DNA of 64,000 bases from an uncultured bacterium (GCA_963727525.1 CAVSGO010000006.1:1-64000), one strand, 5' to 3'. Shown: positions 31,001-39,552, counted from the stretch's first letter. Translations and numbers: made by a program. The notes: generated by a model from the sequence alone, not told the origin.

Positions 31001-32647
31001 TGGGCGCTGAGCTACTTCGACCGGCCGCTCTTCTCGTTCATCCGCGATGACGAGACGGGCCCTGCGCTGGACCGTGCGTTCGCGACCTCCGACAACGAGG
31101 CCGTGCTCGTGCCCGCCGCCGTGGACGATCTGTTCCGCAAGCAGGGCGTGCATCTGTCCGCGAGCGCCATGCTGCGCACGGTGGAGGCGGGGCGTCACTG
31201 GATCATCAGCGATGAGCACAAGCGCACCACGTACAGCCTCGCGCGCGGTAGCGGCGACGGCCGCTTCGACGTGACGTTCGACCTCCATCGCCGCGAGCGC
31301 CACCTGCTCCGTGCGCTCGACAACCTGAACGACATCCGCGACAAGCGACGCAACGCCGTCCTGCACGCCATGCTGGGCGGGGTCTATCGCGACGCCGGAC
31401 GCGACACCGAGGCCGTGATCCAGTACGAGAAGGCCGCCGCCCTGGATCCGCAGGCCTCCACGTACTTCACTCAGCTCGGCAATCATCATTACGTCCACGA
31501 TCGGTACGACCAGGCGGCGCAGGCTTACGACAAGGCGACCCGGCTCGAACCGACCAGCGACACGGCATTCTCCAACCTGGCGCTGGCCGAAGCGGCGGGC
31601 GAGACCGTGGCTCACTGGCAACGTGCCCTCGCGGCGCTCGAGCTGGCGGCGGCGCTGGTGCCCGGCAGCGGCAAGTACGACGATCGGCTCGCGGTGCTGC
31701 GCGAGAAGCTGAAGGCTGCGTCGTGCGTGGGTGAGGCGAATCTCGCGCGATATCCGGTGGTCACGCCCATCGCGTTGGAGGTGGCGGCAGACCTCGTGCC
31801 CTTCGTGGAAGGTCCGCCGGACAGCTCCGACATCTCGATGACCCTCGCCGAGCTGATCCGCCAGATGCGGCAGGGCATCCAGGACCAGTACGGCGTTCGA
31901 ATTCCCGGTGTGCGGGTGCGCGGCAACGAAGGCGACATGGTGCTGGGCACCTACCTGATCATGGTGAACGAGGTGCCGCTCGTGATGCAGTCGGTGCATG
32001 TCGACGCCGCTACGGGCGGCGCCCATGCTCTCGGCGCGATCGTCGCCCAGCTGCGCCTCGTGCTCGAGAACAACCTCGCCGGGTTCGTGGGCGTGCAGGA
32101 AGTGGCGAACCTGCTTGCCGAGGACGACGCGCTGCCGCGGCTCGAGGGGCAGTCGCTTTGCGCCTTCGCCCAGGTGCTGCGGGCGCTCGTCGAGGAGCGC
32201 GTGTCGATCAAGCCGCTGGGGGCCTTGCTCGGGTGCTTCCTGGCCGGCAGTGCGACGAACACACCGCTGTCGGTCATCGTGGAGCAGATGCGGGCGCTTG
32301 CGGATGTGACACCGTCATTGCCCGGTACGGCGTCAGGCGAGCGGCTGCTGCGGTTCGATGATGCGCTGACGGCCAGACTGGCGGCCGGACTGATCATCGA
32401 GGGTGATGTCGCCATGCTGCGCGGCGAACCGGCGCTCATCCAGGATACCCTCGCTGCCGTGCGCGAGGCCACATCCGGCGCCCTGGTCGGGACGGCGTCG
32501 GTCCTGGTGGTGGACGACCCGCGCCTGCGGCGGCCGTTGCGGCGGATCGTCGAGCTGGAGTTCACCGATCTGCCGGTGCTGGCGCGAAGCGAGCTGCCGC
32601 CGTCGGTCTCGGCGGACACGGCGCAGACGATCGGGGGCACGCCATGA
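28082..32647 (+). CDS. Membrane-anchored TPR/coiled-coil protein with C-terminal FlhA/SctV (FHIPEP) cytoplasmic domain
   Basis: Two N-terminal hydrophobic segments, many TPR-like helices, coiled coil; from ~31760 VTPIALEVAADLVP...MRQGIQDQYGVRIPGVRVRGN...FVGVQEV...VLRALVEERVSI...LRRPLRRIVELEFTDLPVLARSEL. Confidence 0.85.
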   Translation: MDPWMKLGDLLDMVSRLDLVQGVEGDLRQRKRKGVVALVVAGIVQVVLAAAQKDYLREVGQLVKNLATGRWREIFATANLDTLFGVVVLVAGVTIFILVRWSRFLLHESQAPFRYTFSIAPFKSMPEGAPPSDDPLVGNLALLHDDLIDKLNANIRRFSILDVDAIKTAASQDLSSHIHVHGHFARRALDSGEDGVQVMTRIRIGNPERPEQQAPRVDFATTDATVTPDAQYRQLRELVYSRVATAIYHQIRDDIRQKITLFPTWSLRAVGLYHEAKDFEESNTVDAYDYAIELYQEALNAFEKRGGRGLRAALLKWPLLWRVVCRSQLIEARTRIAYSRCLVYRATVSTLAGRASNPLFPVPEQLEAALAVLRTLYDRARGGRDTFVTYPRAWRASHREPRFQEYRRALFEALSVASLAWSQIGSTDRAIEHLDAAKDVAPDLTENDALYLLAQAETVSDLHTRLQLLRTASDMAPTFEIVRYRLADQSDLQLRTRNELTPERAAPVLAAFLDVLRINPGNIGAYAAFGHLKWLLGDHDAASRAFREGLAVKAIRMQTYVGDLNYGLARIAAEAGRFNESFDLYQKALAADPGVGVHIALRTRSLTRYYDRMVDSMLERYERFMTTAIARGGQCDTVSDRTLGGVLSFVLNDYGNAAFQYFVRTGQVACCDRARESYQHAIKRFPENAVAYFNLSRTLGWTGSSTEESITYLARAERLEPSWHALQTYSIEQHITIIRKAIQSLENDRNAALRRRSELERERAELETQRASLDENYEAQRAPTTAKYEAASLTKGPDVRGRLDAELQRNAEVQTTVATEIDTIGEKINNYRESHRTEILPRLRRMIRASSLSSFLDLTERHDMTESVASLLQSRLRNDRLDEKSATTLRILAKLMPDLLDDADDHRKLECCRDFCRYVMDRFYPEDFELTITLQNLYVQLGDHDGEIASIQSVRRAISWALDDDGTNWNLLDWALSYFDRPLFSFIRDDETGPALDRAFATSDNEAVLVPAAVDDLFRKQGVHLSASAMLRTVEAGRHWIISDEHKRTTYSLARGSGDGRFDVTFDLHRRERHLLRALDNLNDIRDKRRNAVLHAMLGGVYRDAGRDTEAVIQYEKAAALDPQASTYFTQLGNHHYVHDRYDQAAQAYDKATRLEPTSDTAFSNLALAEAAGETVAHWQRALAALELAAALVPGSGKYDDRLAVLREKLKAASCVGEANLARYPVVTPIALEVAADLVPFVEGPPDSSDISMTLAELIRQMRQGIQDQYGVRIPGVRVRGNEGDMVLGTYLIMVNEVPLVMQSVHVDAATGGAHALGAIVAQLRLVLENNLAGFVGVQEVANLLAEDDALPRLEGQSLCAFAQVLRALVEERVSIKPLGALLGCFLAGSATNTPLSVIVEQMRALADVTPSLPGTASGERLLRFDDALTARLAAGLIIEGDVAMLRGEPALIQDTLAAVREATSGALVGTASVLVVDDPRLRRPLRRIVELEFTDLPVLARSELPPSVSADTAQTIGGTP

Positions 32648-34233
32648 CGCCCCCGCGCACCATCACGGTCCGACTGGGAACCGAGCTGGCGGCGCTCGCG
32701 ACGGGCGTGCCCGCGCTCGCGGATCGCCTCACCGGCGTCGTGCGCGACCTGGTCCACGATCTGGCGATCCCGGTCGACTACACGGTGGAGGTGGTCGGCG
32801 CCGAGGATGGGCGCCAGGTCACGGTGACGATCGACGGCCAGCCCTGCCGCATACCGGTTTCCGTGGCGAGCACCAGCACCGCGACAGGCGACGACCTTGC
32901 GCGCGAACTCGTCGCCGCGCTGCACGCCAGCCGCGAGCTGCTGCTGCCTGCCGACGTCGCCGCGGCGTGCTGGTGCGACTGGATCGACACGACCTCGCCA
33001 CCGCCGGCGGGCACGCTCGCGCTGATGCGTGGTGTGCTGCGGCGCGGTGTCCGCCTCGAACGCCTTCGCGCGGTTCTCGGTTCGCCGATCTCCGATGCCG
33101 ATGCCCTCGAGCAGGCGCTCGCGGCGGTCGACGGACCGCGTTTGCGGGTCTTCGTGAGCACGGAGCAGCACCGGCGACTGTATGACGCGCATGGCGAACC
33201 CATCGCGCTGATTGGCGACTATCCCTCCATCGCGCGGTTGCTGGCCCTCGTCGCGGATGGCCTGTTCTACGAGCTGGGCATCGTGTATCGTCTCGACCAG
33301 GTGGAGACTGACCCGACGCTCGCCCCGGGCGAGATGCGCTTCGCGATCAACGGCATGCGCACGCCGGTGCGGATGGGGCTTCAGCCGGACGAGGTGATGG
33401 TCAACACCACCGTCGATCGGCTCGACCTCGGGGGCCGGCCGACGGTGAATCCGGCGAACCTCAACCCCTGCACCGTGCTGGCGCAGTCGCCGGACGCGCA
33501 GCAGGCGATCACCAGGCAGGGTCTCACGTCGTGGGACGACCATGGCTACCTCATCCTCGAGCTGAGCCAGGCCGTGCGTCGGTACGCCGGCTCGCTCATG
33601 AGCACGGCAGTGGCGCAGTTCCTCTGCGAGCGCTTGCAACTCGCCTTCCCCGACCTCGTGGCGGCGGCCTGCGATCGCTACGACCACGGCACGCTCGCCC
33701 GCGTCCTGCGCGGATTGCTCGACGAGGACATCTGTATCCGCGACCTGCGTACGATTCTCGAGACCCTGCTTGCCTTCCACGGCGTCGTGGACGCGCCGAC
33801 GGGCGAGCTGATCACGTTCCTCTCATCGCCGGGCATCGCGTTGCCCGTCGACGCCGGTTCGCTGCCCTTCCGCGACCCGGTGGTGGCGCGTGTGGAATGC
33901 GTACGCACCATGATGCAACGGGAGATCTCCTCCAGGTACACCCGCGGCCAGTCGGTGCTCACGCCCTTCCTGATCGATCCCGATATCGAGTCGCGGCTGA
34001 AGGACGAGGCCCCGCTGTCGGCCGATGAGCACGCGCGCCTGATCGACGCCATCGGGGTCGAGGTGATGCCGGATCCTGCGCCCACGGCGCCCGTGATCCT
34101 GACCACGGCCACGGTACGCTTGCGCCTGCACCGTGAGATCGAATACGAATACCCGCACGTCGTGGTCCTGGCCTACCAGGACCTGAGTCCCGCGCTGAAC
34201 CTCGAGGTGGCGGCGCGGATCACCTGGAACTGA
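32644..34233 (+). CDS. Soluble FlhA/SctV (FHIPEP) cytoplasmic-domain protein
   Basis: LFYELGI...DPTL, AFPDLV, VLRGLLDEDICIRDLRTILETL, ECVR...REIS, IDPDIE, PVILTT..VR, VLAYQDL; no TM segment; ATGA overlap with the upstream gene. Confidence 0.88.
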   Translation: MTPPRTITVRLGTELAALATGVPALADRLTGVVRDLVHDLAIPVDYTVEVVGAEDGRQVTVTIDGQPCRIPVSVASTSTATGDDLARELVAALHASRELLLPADVAAACWCDWIDTTSPPPAGTLALMRGVLRRGVRLERLRAVLGSPISDADALEQALAAVDGPRLRVFVSTEQHRRLYDAHGEPIALIGDYPSIARLLALVADGLFYELGIVYRLDQVETDPTLAPGEMRFAINGMRTPVRMGLQPDEVMVNTTVDRLDLGGRPTVNPANLNPCTVLAQSPDAQQAITRQGLTSWDDHGYLILELSQAVRRYAGSLMSTAVAQFLCERLQLAFPDLVAAACDRYDHGTLARVLRGLLDEDICIRDLRTILETLLAFHGVVDAPTGELITFLSSPGIALPVDAGSLPFRDPVVARVECVRTMMQREISSRYTRGQSVLTPFLIDPDIESRLKDEAPLSADEHARLIDAIGVEVMPDPAPTAPVILTTATVRLRLHREIEYEYPHVVVLAYQDLSPALNLEVAARITWN

Positions 34234-34246
34234 AGGGAGGTGTCCC

Positions 34247-34429
34247 ATGCCCAAGGCCAGACGGAAGACGGCCAGGAAATCCCCGACGACGTCCAGGACC
34301 AAGCGATGGAACTGGACGCCCCGCCGGCTCGAGACACACACGCCGGATCAGCCGCGCGCCGCCGACAGCGACGCGCTCGTCGACCGGCTCAACGCGCAGC
34401 AACCGGAGCAGCCCCGTTCGCGCAAGTAG
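34247..34429 (+). CDS. Small basic hypothetical protein (60 aa)
   Basis: GGGAGGT RBS at 34235-34241, 5 nt before ATG; fills the gap between operon genes. Confidence 0.55.
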   Translation: MPKARRKTARKSPTTSRTKRWNWTPRRLETHTPDQPRAADSDALVDRLNAQQPEQPRSRK

Positions 34430-34466
34430 TCCGACCACGACCGTGTGGTGACACAAAGGAGAAGGC

Positions 34467-34853
34467 ATGCCTGCCATGACGGAAATCGTGCGCTTCGATC
34501 CCAGCGCCCCGATCCAGATCAACATCGTCTCGCGCTCGCCGCACGTGGTGGCTTTCCGCGTGTGGACGCAAGCGCCCGGTCAGGCCGACTGGGCTACCGT
34601 CTTCACCGGCAAGACCGACGACAATGTGCCCGACCACATCGAGATCGCCGCCTTGCCCGACAACGCGCTCATCGCGTGGTGGCTCGGCGTGGGCGGCAAC
34701 GCCAAGACGCCGTTCCGTACCGTGATCACGCTCGCTCAGGACGGCCGTATCCTCGACGGCGGCACGCGTCTGGAAGAGGGCAAGGTCGACGACGACGGCC
34801 TTGCCTTCGTCGAGGGCAAGATCAACCTCGTCGCCCAGAGGGAGACACCATGA
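34467..34853 (+). CDS. Hypothetical beta-strand-rich cytoplasmic protein (128 aa)
   Basis: AAGGAG RBS, natural composition, ATGA overlap with the next gene. Confidence 0.75.
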   Translation: MPAMTEIVRFDPSAPIQINIVSRSPHVVAFRVWTQAPGQADWATVFTGKTDDNVPDHIEIAALPDNALIAWWLGVGGNAKTPFRTVITLAQDGRILDGGTRLEEGKVDDDGLAFVEGKINLVAQRETP

Positions 34854-35920
34854 CCACGCGAATCCGGATCACGTGTGCAATGTTCGTGCTGGTCGCCGCG
34901 GGGCTCGTGTCTCTGGTGCCGGCACCACTCCTGGCGGTCGACGATGCGAGCAGCGGACTCGATCTGCTATCGCCCCCGGCCTCGCCGGCGTTCACCCTGC
35001 TCGGCGCCACGCCGGAGACGATCCATCGCCCGGAGACGCTCCAGGATCTGGGCGTGGACATGCGGTCGGGCGTTAGCGGCGACGGTCGGGCGGTGAGCGG
35101 ATTCGCGCTCGAGTTCTCGGCCAATCAGATCCTCAAGCCGGCCATCGATCTGAAGCGATACCGCGAGAGCTGGTCGGCCTTCGCGCTGCAGAACCTGCGC
35201 GTGTCGCTGGCCACAGTGCGCGCGGCCGGCGATTCGACGGCCACCGACCTCGCGCTCGGGCTCAGCTTCCCGCTCTTCAACCGCGCCGATCCCATGCGCG
35301 ACAAGGCGTACAGCGATGCCCTCGGCGAGGTTCTCCTGAACGCGGCGCCGTCGCAACCAGGCCAGGACCGCACGATGCTCGAGGCCCGGGCGCGCGAGCA
35401 GCGCCAGGCGCTCTTCGCGCAGTGGCGCGCCGATCACTGGAACGCCTCGCGCGCCGAGATCGCGATGGCGGTGGGCGGCCGGCTCATGGATTCGAAGTTC
35501 GACCAGCTCTACGGCTCGCGCGTCGCGGTGTGGTCGACCCTCGGGCTCCGGCTCGGCACCTGGGGCCAGTTCCTTGCCCTCGCGCGCTACGATCACCTGT
35601 GGGACATCCCGGATCAGCCGGGCGGCGACCAGATCCAGTACGGCGGTCGGATCATCGCGGGTTCGGGTTCGTTCAATCTCTACGTCGAGATGCTAGGGCG
35701 ACGCACGTCCTTCGACACCGCCGTGCTGCCTGATGGCAGCGACTCGGACACGAGCGGTTCGTGGGCCTTCGGCGCCGAGTATCGCATCGCGCAGGGCATC
35801 TGGGTCATGACTGGGCTGGGCAGCCGCTTCGACGAGGCCGTCGCCGGCGCCAGCCGCACGCAGGTGGCTCTGGGCTTGAAGTGGGGCCTCGCCCGCGCGT
35901 CGCGGCTGGGAACGCATTGA
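34850..35920 (+). CDS. Secreted protein, probable outer-membrane beta-barrel
   Basis: Signal peptide, PASPAFTLLG motif, amphipathic strands (WAFGAEYRIAQGIWV, VALGLKWGL). Confidence 0.7.
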   Translation: MTTRIRITCAMFVLVAAGLVSLVPAPLLAVDDASSGLDLLSPPASPAFTLLGATPETIHRPETLQDLGVDMRSGVSGDGRAVSGFALEFSANQILKPAIDLKRYRESWSAFALQNLRVSLATVRAAGDSTATDLALGLSFPLFNRADPMRDKAYSDALGEVLLNAAPSQPGQDRTMLEARAREQRQALFAQWRADHWNASRAEIAMAVGGRLMDSKFDQLYGSRVAVWSTLGLRLGTWGQFLALARYDHLWDIPDQPGGDQIQYGGRIIAGSGSFNLYVEMLGRRTSFDTAVLPDGSDSDTSGSWAFGAEYRIAQGIWVMTGLGSRFDEAVAGASRTQVALGLKWGLARASRLGTH

Positions 35921-35937
35921 TCTGGGACGCCTCGGGG

Positions 35938-37662
35938 TCACCTCGTGAGCATCACCTTCACCGAGCCCGCCCCTGCCGCGGTCTCCAGCCGCACCAGGTA
36001 CGGCCCGGACGCCACGGCGCGGCCAGTGGTGTCGGTGCCGTCCCAGCGCACGATGCGATGGCCCGTCGCCAGAGCGGCGCTGACCAGGGTGGCGATATGG
36101 CGGCCGGCGGCGTCGTACACGCGCAATGACACGTCGCCCGCCACGCACACGTCGAAGGCGACGGCGACCTGCGGGTTGAACGGATTCGGAGCCGCCGTCA
36201 GCGCGAGATCGGTGCGCACCGGCGTATCGTGCGCGCCCACCGAGGGAGCGGCGGCGTCACGCACGAGGCGTACGAAATTGAAGATGCGGATGGCGTCGCC
36301 CTGCGGTCCGTGGCCCTCGTGGTAGTTGGCCGGATCGCCGAACTTGGGATCGCTACGCTGCGCGCCCGCGCCGTGCACGTCGACCCAGCCGCCGTTCATG
36401 TAGCCGAGCGCGCGGCCGAACGCGACGTACGCCGCGAATCCCCCACTCACGGGCCCGCCATTCTGGTGGGTCGTGCTCGACCAGTAGTAGGGGAAGTCGG
36501 TCTGGCCGGCCTCGTTGACGATGGTCGTGGCGGTGAAGAGCGGATCGATGGCAGCCGAACCCGAGGTGTCGGGTGAGCGGGTGTAGTCGACCAGGGATTG
36601 CAGCTCCTTGACGTTCGGGAGACGCCAGTCGTCGTGGCCGAGGAACTGCTCAGCGTTGCACGCGTCAGCCCAGGCGAGCGCATCTTCCCAGGCCATGCCC
36701 TCGCCGCTATCATTCTGGCTCCACATCAGCCCGGTAGCCTGGTCGGTGACCGTGCCGTCGCCATTGTCGACGTAGGCCGTCGTCGCGTACAACGGATTCC
36801 CGCGCACGCACTTCACGTAGAACGTCTTCTGGGTGCCGCCCATGTCCAGTCCGTAGCGCTTGATGCGGCCGTCGGCGAAGTTCACGCCGAAGAGGAGCGA
36901 ACCCGCGGCCTGGCTGACGTAGAGCGTGCGCGAGCCGTACTTGGCGTCGATGACCCGCTCGCCGGCGGCCTCGTCGCCATATGCGAAGTCGAAGACCGAG
37001 GTGTCGAGAAACGGTACCAGGTTGACGGGATCGGACTCGCCGCTCGGGTCGAGGCCACGGAAGTCGATCAGCGAGAACAGCTCCTCGATCATGGGCAGAC
37101 GCCAGTCGTCGTGGCCGCCGTAGTCGATCGCGTCGAGAGTGGCCGGATTGGCTTGCAGCTCGTCCCACGTGAACTTGTCGTCGGCGTCGATGGTGCCGTT
37201 GCCGGCGGTGACCGTGAACGCGGCGCTGGCGCCGGGTACGACGGTGAGCGACTGCGGCTGCCCGGTGATGATCGGCGGCATGTCGCCGCCGGTCGTGATC
37301 GTGAACGCGCCCGGGCCGTTGAACACCAGCTCACCATCGGGGGTCGAGAAGGTGACGACGGCATCCACGGAGCCTGGTGTCGTGTCGGCTGGTAGATCGA
37401 AGCTGGCAATGACGGTGTCCTGGGACGGGTGCGAGATCCCGGTGCCGGTGACGTCGCCGATCGTCACGGCCGCTGGCGCGACGCCCGCCGGCGGCGGAGG
37501 CGGCACGTCGGTATCGAGCGTGAATGTCACGAGCAGACCCACCGTGCCGGCGGGGGCCGTGTCGGGCGCGATGGCCACGATCTCGTTCGTATTCTGGGCA
37601 AACCCACTGGCCGTGGTGGCCACGAGCAGGATGGAGGCAAGCATGGTGACTCGGTGATGCAT
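35938..37662 (-). CDS. Secreted DUF1566 (Lcl C-terminal) domain protein with C-terminal FlgD-like domain
   Basis: Two GHDDWRLP..EL.SL motifs, DNGDGTVTDQATGLMW, YWSSTT, VRLVR; PNPFNP tail. Confidence 0.85.
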   Translation of the reverse strand: MHHRVTMLASILLVATTASGFAQNTNEIVAIAPDTAPAGTVGLLVTFTLDTDVPPPPPAGVAPAAVTIGDVTGTGISHPSQDTVIASFDLPADTTPGSVDAVVTFSTPDGELVFNGPGAFTITTGGDMPPIITGQPQSLTVVPGASAAFTVTAGNGTIDADDKFTWDELQANPATLDAIDYGGHDDWRLPMIEELFSLIDFRGLDPSGESDPVNLVPFLDTSVFDFAYGDEAAGERVIDAKYGSRTLYVSQAAGSLLFGVNFADGRIKRYGLDMGGTQKTFYVKCVRGNPLYATTAYVDNGDGTVTDQATGLMWSQNDSGEGMAWEDALAWADACNAEQFLGHDDWRLPNVKELQSLVDYTRSPDTSGSAAIDPLFTATTIVNEAGQTDFPYYWSSTTHQNGGPVSGGFAAYVAFGRALGYMNGGWVDVHGAGAQRSDPKFGDPANYHEGHGPQGDAIRIFNFVRLVRDAAAPSVGAHDTPVRTDLALTAAPNPFNPQVAVAFDVCVAGDVSLRVYDAAGRHIATLVSAALATGHRIVRWDGTDTTGRAVASGPYLVRLETAAGAGSVKVMLTR

Positions 37663-37802
37663 GGCGAGACTCCCCAGCACGAATGAACCGGTGGGACGAA
37701 TATGAAAGTCAACGCACGAACCACCAGGAAGCAGCGATCGATCTCGTGCGAACGAGGCCCCCGCGCCGGTCGCGGGGGCCTCACCGAAGTCCGCGTTGTC
37801 GA

Positions 37803-38522
37803 TTACCGGTACAGCGACTTCACCGAACCCCACGTCGATGCGTCTGTCTGCATCGACTTGTCGTTCGCACCTTCGATCTCGATCTCCACCTCGGAGCCCG
37901 TGCCGGGGTCGATGCCGACCACGCACACGTCGTCGATCCAGAATTCCTGGCCCCCCACGGCGAAGTGACGCACCGGCCCGCGGAGCTGGCCGACACCCTT
38001 CTTGCCGCCGGGTACCGGAACCTCGCGCACGCCGTACACGACGCCCGGCGCGATGGCGACCGGAGCCATGTCCAGTTCACCGGCGTACACGGGTGCCGCG
38101 TTCACGCGCAGGTTCTCGAACCCGCCCAGGTCGAGCCAGCGGAAGCGCACGCCCGTGACGCGGATGCCGAGTCCCGTGAGATCAAAATCCAGATTCACGT
38201 TATTCTCGCGGCAGATGTTGATCACGCCGAAGTTGGTCGGCGCGCCGGTCGCCGGCTCGATGCGGGCTCCGCCGAAGCCCGACCCACCGCCGGGGAAAAG
38301 GAGCTCGTGAATCGTGACGTCGATCCCGTCCTCGTTGAAGAGCCAGTCGCCCGGCGCGTAGCCGCCGCCGGGGGCGTATACGGTTCCTGCGGCGAGCCCG
38401 TCGAAGGTGACCTCGGCATCGCAGGCGAAGGCGGAACCGGTCAGGCCCGTGAGAGCCGCGAACACCAGACCCAGCGCCACCGCCCCGATCCTCGACACAA
38501 AATCTTGATGAAACTTACGCAT
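37803..38522 (-). CDS. Secreted hypothetical protein ending in TWGSVKSLYR
   Basis: AGGAGG RBS, signal peptide, GGQEFWIDDVC beta-sandwich-like end, terminal motif. Confidence 0.8.
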   Translation of the reverse strand: MRKFHQDFVSRIGAVALGLVFAALTGLTGSAFACDAEVTFDGLAAGTVYAPGGGYAPGDWLFNEDGIDVTIHELLFPGGGSGFGGARIEPATGAPTNFGVINICRENNVNLDFDLTGLGIRVTGVRFRWLDLGGFENLRVNAAPVYAGELDMAPVAIAPGVVYGVREVPVPGGKKGVGQLRGPVRHFAVGGQEFWIDDVCVVGIDPGTGSEVEIEIEGANDKSMQTDASTWGSVKSLYR

Positions 38523-38853
38523 GTCTTGCCTCCTGGCGTGCGAGGCGACTGTTGTGCCCGGGACCATCCCGTGCCGTCCGTCGACCTCGTCTGCCAGCAC
38601 ATGCGCGGAAGGAGATCCGGGTGTGCAGAACAGATCGCTAGTGTGGATGATCCTCGTGGAGCACGGCGGCGGGAAATCCGACCAAACAGCCATCGAACGC
38701 GGCGCCCTGACCCTTCGACAGGCACAGAATCGAATCGTTGTCGCAGTGATCGCGGCCACTGCGGTAGCCCACCACCGCCCCTGTCGTGCCTCCAAACCCT
38801 CCTCTCGAAATCGCCTCGCCAGGCGGGGTGCCGGCCGCCAGGCCAGTCAGATC

Positions 38854-39552
38854 TCACGCCAGATCGAACAGCATGACCTCCGCGTCGCTCGCCGCGGTCA
38901 CGGTCAATGTCTCCTCATCGCTGACCGCGACGCCGTCACTGGTACCGAGCGGCACGCTATTAAGCGTCACCCGGCCGCGCAGTACCTGCAGCCACGCATG
39001 CCGGTCATTCGCGAGTTCGTGGGTGACGGACGCGTTGGAGTCGAGCTGGCCCAGATAGATGTGCAAGTCCTGGTGGATCGTGAGCGACCCCGCAGCGCCG
39101 ACGGGGGACGTGACGAGCTGGAGCGCGTTACGGCGACCCGCCTCGGCGAAGCGCTTCTGCTCGTAGCTCGGCGTGATGCCGGCCCTCTCAGGCAGAAGCC
39201 AGATCTGGTAGAAGTGCAATGGCGTCTCGGACGACGGATTGAACTCACTGTGAGTGATGCCGGTGCCTGCCGACATACGCTGGATCTCGCCGGGTCGCAG
39301 CACCTCGCCGTTGCCCATGGAATCGCGATGTTCGATCGCGCCCTCGAGGACGTAGGTCACGATCTCTATATCGCGATGGGGATGTGTGCCGAATCCCTCG
39401 CCGGGCCGGACGCGGTCCTCGTTGATCACCCGCAAGGCGCGAAATCCCATGTGCTCGGGGTCGTGGTAGCGACCGAACGAGAATGTGTGGTACGTGTTGA
39501 GCCAGCCATGATCGAGGTGGCCGCGTTCCTCGGCTTTCCGGATCGCGAACAT
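38854..39552 (-). CDS. Pirin family protein (YhhW-like)
   Basis: HGWLNTYHTFSF, LRVINED, GFGTHPHRDIEI, HRDSMGN, MSAGTGITHSE. Confidence 0.95.
   Translation of the reverse strand: MFAIRKAEERGHLDHGWLNTYHTFSFGRYHDPEHMGFRALRVINEDRVRPGEGFGTHPHRDIEIVTYVLEGAIEHRDSMGNGEVLRPGEIQRMSAGTGITHSEFNPSSETPLHFYQIWLLPERAGITPSYEQKRFAEAGRRNALQLVTSPVGAAGSLTIHQDLHIYLGQLDSNASVTHELANDRHAWLQVLRGRVTLNSVPLGTSDGVAVSDEETLTVTAASDAEVMLFDLA

Noticed and set aside
28607-32026. 1139-aa antisense ORF, and similar long opposite-strand or alternate-frame ORFs (e.g. 4395-6815, 21782-24037, 41429-43486)
   Set aside because: Shadows of high-GC coding genes: R/A/G-rich or V/H/D-biased composition, no motifs, overlapping well-supported genes
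28082-34233. Annotating the FHIPEP genes as flhA/sctV or as a split pseudogene
   Set aside because: Both lack the multi-TM gate domain, are long intact ORFs with their own N-terminal domains, and are translationally coupled
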